A DNA stretch of 64,000 nucleotides from Callorhinchus milii (lineage: Eukaryota). The translations under genes were made by a program, and so were the position numbers. Each line of letters starts with the position of its first letter. Position 1 is the stretch's first letter. The stretch is taken from contig NW_024704743.1 of the NCBI RefSeq assembly GCF_018977255.1, forward strand, positions 96,350,001 through 96,414,000. The letters are read 5' to 3'. This document shows, piece by piece, positions 36,101-43,600 of the stretch. The notes under the pieces were generated by a model. That model was given only the letters and a program-made list of their open reading frames with translations. It was not told the DNA's origin and searched no databases.

Positions 36101-38672
36101 CAATGTGACCTTCATCAACCACCGTCTGTCCAGATTGTACAGGTTAATCTCTTTAGTCCTTCCTTGTAGCTCATCCTCTGTACATGAGATCAGTCTTTTA
36201 AATGTGTAATTTTTGTGAAAATTGAAGTGTTTCTTACATTAACTTGCATTGATAATTTTCTGTAAGGCTTATCCAAACGACTGAGTGAACCCAGGATTTG
36301 TCAGTTTGGCTGCAGTTCTAAGGCAAAAATAGACTACACATAGTCTAGTATTTCTCGAATGTTTGTATTCATTTTACAGAAAATGGCTTTGACAATTTCA
36401 CAGATATCCATCACAAAAGGGGAGAAACTGACAAGAGGCAGATCGCAGTAAGTTTAAAACATGCCTTTGTTTATTCCATTTTTAGACAATAATATTAAAT
36501 GTTACTAAGGCAATCTTCCATATTTGTGTGTGCAGCTTTTAAGTTAAAATTACCCTGCCCCAATTTCTTTATGGAAGCACTGCTATTTTTCATTCTGCCC
36601 ATTGAGCCTACTCCACATCAAGTCAATGGCATTTCCCGTTAATTCCATTTCCCTGCCTTTTCTTCAAATCTGAATTGAATTGGTTTTAAGATGGCATACA
36701 TAATAATAATGCTTGCATTTGCCTTGCAATTACATGCCTTGTGAATTGCGATTGGAGCTGAGTCAGCTTTCTGTGGGAAACTTGCAGTAATTCAAGAGCA
36801 AATCCAAGGAAGGACATTGTGGATTGATCATCTTGCCCAGTTCACCAGTTGAATTTAATGACAAGTTGTTTGGATTCAGGATTTCTATCCACTTACTTTC
36901 TGATAACCTTGCAAATCAACACCCAAGTGACCATCCATGACATGGCAGGCCTATTAGTTTCGTAATGAAACCTGTAAGTCTGAAGATGACGTAGCCCTTC
37001 TCTTGAGTAATGCCTTTATACACTAGATCATTGGTTGAAGTACTCCCCTTGACATCCTTCTCCTCAAATGCTCTAAAACCATTGCAAAAAGGAAAGAGTT
37101 GTATATTTTGTAGCTTCAGAGCAGCATCAATTTTCTAAGTAATGTTCCAAAGAGGTTGCAACTGAAAAATAAATTGAGTTTGTGATGAGGAAAGGGTCAG
37201 GCTTGTTTTTGCTCCAATAATATCCTGTCGATGAGTACAAGTTGTAGAAGAGCCTCAGATTTGGGACAGGATTGAAGTGAATGTGCATGATTGTGAACTT
37301 TGTTGAGCAGAGTTTAGGACAAAAGGTGTTTGGAATATAGGAGGAATCTCAGCTTCGAGGCAGCTTTTGTGATGGAACAAATTCCATTTGAATGGTGACA
37401 GCAGTGATGCCAAATGTATCAACAGCTAAATGTGGAGCTATCTATAAGTAAAAGGTGGCACTTGTTGGTTCATCTTGCAAAGCCTTTAAGAAAGTCCAGA
37501 AAAATTCCAGGAAACCAGAATTTCATTTAAAATAATAATAATACTTTCATTTGATATAGCGCCTTATCACATATTCGAGACGTTGCAAAGTGCTTCACAG
37601 AATATACTGTAAAGTGAATTGACTATATTTTGTGGGCGAAAAGCAGCAGTCAATTATGCACAGCAGTAACCTACAAACAGTTGTGGATTGAGTGAGCAAT
37701 TATTATTTTGAAGGGATTACCTCCGAAAAAGCAATCTGCCAATTGACTAACAAACAGGTTCCTACTTACTGCTGGGTAAACAGAGGCTTTTGGAGTAAGG
37801 AAACTTGCCCGACATTTCGCCCTGCCGGGAATTGAACCTAGGTCTCTCGCTTTCGGAGTGAGTGCTCTAACCACTAAGCTACAGGATTCCCATCTGTAAG
37901 ACCACTAAGCTACACGACTCCACATTTCCATGTTTAGGGCGTGAATGAGACTCCAGTTCAGTGACACAGATGTTACACACATCAGCTGTTGGCTGTACTT
38001 TACATCAAATGATTGGTTCTGCAGAGCTCTTGTGATCTGAAGGAATGAATGGAATCCTAAGCAAGAATGAGTAGGATTGAATGATGAGTGGAGGCCATTG
38101 ATATGCCAAAAACAAGAGCCTCCGGAAACAGTCATTAGATCGAAAATGCAGCAGACAGAGCAATGTGAAGGGCAGCTAAATAATGAAACAAAAACAGAAG
38201 TCGCTGGGAACACTCAGCAGGCCAGGCAGCATCTATGGAGAAAGGAAAGTGAGTCAACGTTTCAGGTCCACAACCCTTCGTCAGAACTAAATAATGAATA
38301 TGCCTGAAAGGATCAAGCCTTTAGAAATGCAGTGTGCCAGGCAATAAATGAATGTTCCACTACAGCATCCCAGAGGTACACAACATGGGTATCACTATTG
38401 CTGGCAACTGTGTAATTTGTATGTCTAAATGGTCAGTGACAAAATACATCTTTCTTACAGAAATGTTGTATTGCTGATAAGAGGTACCATGTGCCACTGA
38501 ACTATTATTCTGTCTGTCTGTAGTTTGATAACATGCAATCTTGTCTCTTTCTCAGATCAAAGCAATTGGACAGTCTGAGCTGAACTCCAGTAATCCTGAA
38601 GAGGTTTTACAGCTAGCCGCTCAGAAAAGGAAAAAGAAATTCCTGCAAGCCATGGCCAAACTTTACTTTTAA
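6033..38672 (+). CDS. INTS8: Integrator complex subunit 8, whole gene span (27 coding exons, 2991 nt, 996 aa)
   Basis: The spliced translation [29 protein letters not shown]...[18 protein letters not shown] follows vertebrate INTS8 from end to end. All exon phases are compatible. The tail-to-tail arrangement with CCNE2 matches known vertebrate synteny. Confidence 0.97.
7177..7351 (+). CDS. INTS8: INTS8 coding exon 2
   Basis: [18 protein letters not shown]...[13 protein letters not shown]; gcag| acceptor; non-canonical AG|gcaagt donor. Confidence 0.93.
7903..8043 (+). CDS. INTS8: INTS8 coding exon 3
   Basis: [26 protein letters not shown]...VLVYNRW; cag| and |gtaagg. Confidence 0.95.
8160..8896 (+). 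repeat. 28-bp minisatellite (~26 units)
   Basis: Unit CTCACAATACACACCCACCCCTAACTCC with minor variants. Confidence 0.95.
9410..9577. mobile_element. Tc1/mariner-pogo (Tigger-like) MITE
   Basis: Terminal inverted repeats CAGTAAACTTCTGATAACT / AGTTATCAGGAGTTTACTG, flanked by TA on both sides. Confidence 0.8.
9910..9981 (+). CDS. INTS8: INTS8 coding exon 4
   Basis: [23 protein letters not shown]; cag| and |gtgagt. Confidence 0.95.
11192..11243 (+). CDS. INTS8: INTS8 coding exon 5
   Basis: [17 protein letters not shown]; tag| and |gtgagt. Confidence 0.95.
12280..12590 (-). mobile_element. CR1-like LINE 3' end fragment
   Basis: Tail aacataggaacaggagtagaccattcagcc...; similar to 62110-62255. 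Confidence 0.65.
13974..14156 (+). CDS. INTS8: INTS8 coding exon 6
   Basis: [18 protein letters not shown]...[12 protein letters not shown]; cag| and |gtaaga. Confidence 0.95.
14170..14610 (-). mobile_element. L2-clade LINE 3' fragment
   Basis: Reverse complement of the tail at 4900-5185. Confidence 0.8.
14880..15335 (-). repeat. Unclassified interspersed repeat, copy B
   Basis: Reverse complement aligns to 59455-59865 and 1-340. Confidence 0.7.
15871..15978 (+). CDS. INTS8: INTS8 coding exon 7
   Basis: [36 protein letters not shown]; cag| and |gtactc. Confidence 0.94.
16976..17131 (+). CDS. INTS8: INTS8 coding exon 8
   Basis: [22 protein letters not shown]...CIKSRNYQ; aag| and |gtaaga. 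Confidence 0.94.
17393..17493 (+). CDS. INTS8: INTS8 coding exon 9
   Basis: [33 protein letters not shown]; cag| and |gtaaga. Confidence 0.94.
17866..18007 (+). CDS. INTS8: INTS8 coding exon 10
   Basis: [23 protein letters not shown]...KERIDFLLE; cag| and |gtaagg. Confidence 0.95.
18493..18563 (+). CDS. INTS8: INTS8 coding exon 11
   Basis: [23 protein letters not shown]; tag| and |gtgagt. Confidence 0.94.
18890..19217 (+). mobile_element. Deu-domain-like SINE with (TTA)n tail
   Basis: ccagtgcagtac...gtgctgcattgttggaggtgc...gagatgttaaactgagg core followed by the shared SINE tail. Confidence 0.6.
19270..19445 (+). CDS. INTS8: INTS8 coding exon 12
   Basis: [20 protein letters not shown]...[19 protein letters not shown]; cag| and |gtgagt. 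Confidence 0.95.
19713..19846 (+). CDS. INTS8: INTS8 coding exon 13
   Basis: [45 protein letters not shown]; |gtaagt. Confidence 0.95.
19926..20036 (+). CDS. INTS8: INTS8 coding exon 14
   Basis: [37 protein letters not shown]; follows a 79-nt intron. Confidence 0.95.
20579..20780 (+). CDS. INTS8: INTS8 coding exon 15
   Basis: [36 protein letters not shown]...[12 protein letters not shown]|gtacag. Confidence 0.95.
20856..21180 (+). mobile_element. tRNA-derived SINE (5'-truncated)
   Basis: cacttgcgagaggacctgggtttgaattgcc head remnant, body and tail match the other copies. Confidence 0.8.
21761..22127 (+). mobile_element. tRNA-derived SINE, near full length
   Basis: A-box-like taacgtagtggtta, TTGCAA loop, B-box-like ggtttgattctc, shared body and (TTA)n tail. 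Confidence 0.8.
23893..23940 (+). CDS. INTS8: Candidate alternative cassette exon of INTS8 (48 nt, [16 protein letters not shown])
   Basis: Strong pyrimidine tract ttctttttattctctttcacag| and GAAG|gtaatc donor. Phase 1-1, matching intron 15, with no stop codon. Confidence 0.55.
24430..25185 (+). mobile_element. Degenerate L2 LINE fragments
   Basis: RT remnants (gttaacttccacatgtatgc = VNFHMY(A)) plus an L2-type tail. Confidence 0.65.
25990..26157 (+). mobile_element. CR1 LINE 3' tail
   Basis: ...atgggccaaatcgtctcctgtgctgtataattctatgattctat, a typical CR1 (ATTCTRTG)n terminus. Confidence 0.7.
26351..26472 (+). CDS. INTS8: INTS8 coding exon 16
   Basis: [41 protein letters not shown]; |gtaaca. 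Confidence 0.95.
27275..27459 (+). CDS. INTS8: INTS8 coding exon 17
   Basis: [32 protein letters not shown]...[11 protein letters not shown]. Confidence 0.95.
28036..28069 (+). CDS. INTS8: INTS8 coding exon 18
   Basis: [11 protein letters not shown]; tag| and |gtgagt. Confidence 0.93.
29042..29101 (+). CDS. INTS8: INTS8 coding exon 19
   Basis: [20 protein letters not shown]; tag| and |gtttgt. Confidence 0.93.
29229..29290 (+). CDS. INTS8: INTS8 coding exon 20
   Basis: [20 protein letters not shown]; |gtaagc. Confidence 0.94.
29861..29979 (+). CDS. INTS8: INTS8 coding exon 21
   Basis: [39 protein letters not shown]; aag| and |gtaagt. Confidence 0.93.
30145..30792 (-). mobile_element. L2-clade LINE 3' fragment
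   Basis: Minus-strand translations [24 protein letters not shown] and LWNSIPQSL; shared tail. Confidence 0.85.
30865..30968 (+). CDS. INTS8: INTS8 coding exon 22
   Basis: [35 protein letters not shown]; |gtaaga. Confidence 0.95.
31638..31688 (+). CDS. INTS8: INTS8 coding exon 23
   Basis: [17 protein letters not shown]; |gtatgt. Confidence 0.95.
32323..32396 (+). CDS. INTS8: INTS8 coding exon 24
   Basis: [24 protein letters not shown]; |gtacct. Confidence 0.95.
33414..33478 (+). CDS. INTS8: INTS8 coding exon 25
   Basis: [22 protein letters not shown]; followed by U12-type donor gtatcctttt. Confidence 0.95.
33479..36403 (+). other. U12-type (minor spliceosome) GT-AG intron of INTS8
   Basis: 5' site GTATCCTTTT; branch-like GCTTTGAC with A at 36392, 11 nt from the AG; no real pyrimidine tract. 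Confidence 0.85.
36404..36447 (+). CDS. INTS8: INTS8 coding exon 26
   Basis: [14 protein letters not shown]; cag| and |gtaagt. Confidence 0.95.
37530..37890 (-). mobile_element. tRNA-derived SINE, full length
   Basis: Minus strand ggaatcctgtagcttagtggttagagcact...ggttcaattcccggcagggcg... with (TTA)n tail. Confidence 0.88.
38185..38288 (-). mobile_element. Penelope-like pseudo-LTR fragment
   Basis: Similar to 61398-61455; carries a hammerhead core; resembles chondrichthyan PLE termini (recognised from memory). Confidence 0.7.
38252..38288 (-). ncRNA. Minimal type-I hammerhead ribozyme motif
   Basis: AGTT-CTGACGA-AGG(gttgtgga)CCT-GAAA-CG-TT-GACT: intact CUGANGA and GAAA boxes, stems I and II, palindromic ACGU stem III, GUU triplet. 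Confidence 0.65.
38556..38672 (+). CDS. INTS8: INTS8 coding exon 27 (terminal, stop TAA)
   Basis: [38 protein letters not shown]. Confidence 0.96.
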   Translation: MKAIGQSELNSSNPEEVLQLAAQKRKKKFLQAMAKLYF

Positions 38673-39062
38673 CACATCACCACCATGCGAGCCTGAACAT
38701 TCAGTTGTACTGTTCAAGAAACTTGCTAAATTTGATTTATGTATATATGAACAATTACAGTATGAGTGGACCAGCTGTTTATAATTTCTTAATAGGATTT
38801 GTAGCAAATTCTGTTGGACTGACTGCAGCGTGTATTTTGTTTCTTGAAACAATATTTTTGTGATTCATTAGATATCTGTAGTGTTTGCCTATGGTGTGCA
38901 TCTGCAAAATAGTACATCTTCAAATTTAAAGGGAAAAAAATCACAGCACAGAATTCCATCAAACATATTTGGGGATGTGTGAAGACATCCAACTCTGATA
39001 GGTTATTAACATTTTGAATGTTCATACTTTAAAGAGAATGTTGCAAAATATTTTGTTGTATT

Positions 39063-39068
39063 TTTATT
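39063..39068 (-). terminator. Candidate CCNE2 poly(A) signal AATAAA
   Basis: TTTATT on the plus strand, ~1.45 kb downstream of the CCNE2 stop. Confidence 0.55.
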
Positions 39069-39075
39069 GTTGGAT

Positions 39076-39081
39076 AATAAA
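39076..39081 (+). terminator. Candidate INTS8 poly(A) signal AATAAA
   Basis: First canonical hexamer seen after the INTS8 stop (~400 nt downstream), with T-rich sequence downstream. Confidence 0.65.
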
Positions 39082-40511
39082 TCAACTAACAGTAGCCACG
39101 GCATTTGCTGTACATTTTTACACGACTATTTACAGTAATACATTAAATTCACAAGTAGGATAGGTTTCCTCTTTGGCGGTGAGATTTCCATTGTTTTGTT
39201 TAATACAGTTGGGTGAAGCACCAATCTCTTAAAAACTTTTAAAAAATAAGTCTCATACTAAATACATCTTACAAGGTCCCCCATAACAATTCAGTACTGT
39301 ACAATACACAACCAAAGCCTAAAACAAACTTAATTCTTGGCCTTTTGAACAAGCAATGGAATTATTTGTTTAAATCCTGCCTCTGGCCCACTTGTGCAGG
39401 TTAATCAATTATTATAGCCCTGCATCAATAACAAAACAAAAATTCAGCCACTTTTACACACACAGCCCATCTCTCCCCCTTTCCCACAGACACATACTCC
39501 TAATGGTGTCCTGGATAGAAAGTCTGAGCCAGAATCTCCTGTTAATCATGGAGTGTGAAAATGTACAAGGAAAATTAGCACAAAACATATTTAAGGGCTG
39601 ACTAATTTTAGTGACAGAATATCAATAAGGCGTTCCATCATTGGCATGTCAGTATCCAAAGTGGTAGTATTGTCACAGCAGTGACTTGCAGCTTATTCAG
39701 AGGTCCTCCGGTCAACTATCCACAATTAATGAGGACCTTCGTAACAGTAGTGAACAATGGATTCTTCCATAACTGGGAAAGTGAACGAGAACTGATGGAC
39801 ACTCACCCAGAGTAATAAACCTGATGTTGCTTAATTTAGGATTCCTCCATTACAAAATGCACATGGAGAACATGCCACCTTTCAATCTTGCTGTACTTCG
39901 GAAAGTTCCAATTATACAGCTTCTCCCCATCCACAAATCTTGACAAAAGTCTTATAACTTTCTGCTGAACGCAGCTCATTCCCATTCACCGCCCCTTGCT
40001 TTGTGGGCAGCCTTTGATTAAATCATCTTCATACCAGCCTTCCCAATGCGTAAAATTGTGAAAGAAAAAAAAACAGAATAGGGAAGAATTATAAAAGCAA
40101 GGAATGTCTTTTTCCTCTTATATTCCACTGTATTTGAGTGGTTGGTATATGTTGCCTTACAAAACGTGCAGTATCAAAACACAATAGCTGCCATATCAGT
40201 AAACCTCACTGACTTGTAAAAAGATGTAACCTTCCCCAAACACACTATATATAACACAATCTGCTTCAGACAGAACTTGGCAGAGCTGATCTTCAATGGC
40301 CCCCAGGTCTCCTTCCAAACATGAGATGCATTTTGTTGCAACTTTCTTCCTAAAATGATCACTTTGGTATGCTAACTTTCCAGATGTTTCTCCTGGCAGT
40401 TGAGCTGCCACATGGTCACTGTAATAAACTCCACAGTCGATCCACCCATGCTACGGTGTCTGGCACTTTCTGCACTTCACTGCCCTTCTGTCTCCTGGCA
40501 AATCTCCATCA

Positions 40512-40628
40512 TTAATGCATCGAACCAGGTAATGGTTTTTCAGTGCTTTTAGGTGGAGTCAGAATTCCTCCTATGGATAAGGGGGAGAGCCTGGATGTGC
40601 ATTCCGCCTGCCTGACGTGGGCCTCATC
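40512..40628 (-). CDS. CCNE2: CCNE2 coding exon 11 (terminal, stop TAA)
   Basis: [38 protein letters not shown]. Confidence 0.94.
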   Translation of the reverse strand, partial: DEAHVRQAECTSRLSPLSIGGILTPPKSTEKPLPGSMH

Positions 40629-43600
40629 CTGAAAGCACAGAAATCATTTATTAGCAACAGCAATTCATCCTGGGCACAACAACGTGAATTGTACAAGATC
40701 CACCACCATCATGAGATCTGGGATGCAACAACCACAACTTGCATTTGCATAGCACCCTTCATGTGGGATAGCGTCCCGGAGTGCTCGACAGTGGCCAAGT
40801 CTGACACCGAGCCAGGGGGAGAAGGCATGGGCGAGGGTTTCTGCTGCATTGGTTGTCATGTACGGACAGAGGCAGGAAATGTGGCGGAGGTGGGGATAAA
40901 GCAGTTCTGGTCACGGAATGGATGTGGGGTAGAGAGGAAAGCTGGGAATCAAACCGAACCCAAGTTCGCACGGGTTCGGAGAGATTGAGGGAGAGCCCGG
41001 GGAGCTTGACGAGTTTGAACCCACAGGAGAGAAGACGTCGACAGGAGCCAAAGAGTATGGCTTCCGTCTTGCCGACATTCAGCTGCAGGAAATTTGCACT
41101 CATCCAGGCCTTGACTGGGAGTCGCAGCTGTTGGAAGTGGATATGGGTGTCATCCGCATAGATGTGGAAGTTGACCCCATACCTGTGGATGACATCGCCG
41201 AGAGGGAGCATGTAGATGAGGAAAAGAAGGGGCCAAAGATGGAAACTTGGGGAAGCCCGTGGGCGACAGAAAAAAACATTTGCTGAGATGTATTGGTGGC
41301 GGTTGGTTAAGTAGGACCTGAACCATGTGAGTGCGGCCCCACTAAGGTGGATGAGGAAGGAGAGGAGGAGGAGGATGGAATGGTCGATTGTGTCGAACAT
41401 GACGGAACGGTCGAGGATAACGAGGAGGCAGAGGGAGCCATGGTCAAAGAGAGAGAGCTGTGCTGTGGGCAGGACCGAAACCAGACTGGTGTGGGTGGGT
41501 TCGAGTAGGGAGTGGAGGGAGAGGTGTGAGCAAAGCTGATTTGCAAACACGCATTACAAAATTGTTGGCCAGGAAGGGCAGGTGTGAAATGGATCTGAAG
41601 TTTGTGAGGTTGGAGGGATTGGGAGTAGCTTTTTTTAAGAAGAGTGATGACAGTGGTTTTGATGGGGAGAGGGACTAGTTGATTGTGTCAGCCAGCAATG
41701 GGCAGAGGTGGGGGAATTGATTGACCAGGAGCTGGGTGGAGGGGGTCGAGGTAGTAGGTGGTGGGCTTCATTTGGGTAGATGGCGGGGCGTGGGGGGGAG
41801 GGAGGAGGGAGAGATGGGGCCAAAGGAGTGTAAGGTGGGGACTGTGGTAGGAGGAGAGGGTGGTGAAGGAGGCATGGAAGGAGCGGGTGAAGGAGGAGGC
41901 AGCCAGGCGGATGTGGTCTCTATCTTAGAGATAAAGAAGTCCAGGACCTCTTCGCACTTGGCATCATAAGTGAGCATCAAGGGTATTTGAGAGGGGCATG
42001 GAGGAGGTGATGGGTGTTGGAGAACAGGATTTGGGGATTGTTTTGTGCCTTTGGAATGACCTGAGTCAAAAGCGTTTTAGGCTTGAGAGAGGGAGTGGCA
42101 GTAAGCATGAAGATGCTCGAGCCACAGTTGGCGGTATAGCGATGCAATGGTTTCTAATGGATTCTTTAAACCCAAAGCCATCTCATCAACTCACAGGATC
42201 TCTGCTCTGACAGGATCTACTTTCAGATTGTAGTTCCCACAAGTTAGTGCAATTTACTTCCATTTGCTGGCAAGAGCCCAGAATAGATTTCCTCAGTGAG
42301 GAGCTAATCACAAATATGTGCCATTTTCCTCTTCGAGATCAAACACCACTTTAGTGGCATAGTTAAAACCTCACCAGCAGCCCAAGGTAGTTTGTGTGCG
42401 TCTGTATGTTGTGTCTGTCTTCATCTGTAACTTGTCTGAAATCCTTTACTTTTATTTGATCTCCTTCACTCAGTGTCTTGGCAAATGGGCTCATCCAATT
42501 GTAACACGTGGAAACACAATCCCACTGTAGACCTGAAAGCCGATCACAGCAGGCAGAACAGAGCATTTAGAGAAAGAAAAAAATAAATCATAACCCATGG
42601 TTGCAACGTAGCAAGTTAAAACACTAATGCATAATAATAATCCTTGCATTTGATATAGTGCCTTATCACGTCTTCGAAACGTCTCTAAGCGCTTCACAGA
42701 TTACACTGTAAAGTGAATTAATGCGGCAGCCAATTGCACACAAAGTCATGGATTGAATGACCAAAAATTTTTTTTTTTTTTCCTAATCACAACTCCACAC
42801 CAAGTGTTATTGAAGGGTTTAAAGGACGAATATACTTTTTTTAATTAAATTTGTAGACTTATTCGGGGAGTCATTTGAAATATTTGCAAATGAAATTTGA
42901 AGCGTAAATTGCACATTCTTTCTTTGTGAATCTCAAGACACTCCCATCAGGCTGCTTGCTCGTCAAAATCACAGTTGGCCGTTTGGCAAATTTGTAAGTT
43001 TTGATATTTATTATCACAGCAAGTGTTAATCAATCTATCTAACCATACACCTTGTTCTGTCCTGACCAGCATTCACACAAATGAGCCCCCAAATAATCAC
43101 TGAAAAAACAAAATAGCATAGATTAATGCTTTAAATCAAGAAAGATCCATTCAAGAAACATTTTCTTTTGTCGACCAAAGAAGTTGGCGACCACTGCTCT
43201 AGATAGACTTGTATCCATCCTTCAGATGAAACGTTAAACCGAGGTCCCATCTGCTCAAGTTGACAGTATATCATGTGAAGCGCTTTGAGACATATCAGCG
43301 ACATGATAAGGTGCTTTCTCAAATGCAAGGATTATTATTAGGCTAATTATCCATCCCAATCCAGGGGCATTGAGGCTAACTGTAGGTGCTCTGACTGCTG
43401 CCCTGTTGGAGAGCACAGCGGCACACACTGGGATTCAAATCAGCAACCTTGCCTGGTGCTGCACTAAGTGGCTCCTTTACCCACTGGGACTTCAGTGGAG
43501 CTTAGGACACAATACTCCTCATTGTTAATATCATTCACCCTGATTTGGGAAAACAACTGATTTCTAGCCTTCAGCCAATTTATAATCTTCTTACCTGAAG

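Noticed and set aside
40759..41550. Intact reverse transcriptase gene (also 62735-63577)
   Set aside because: Internal deletions, frameshifts and 5' truncation show these are dead L2 copies.
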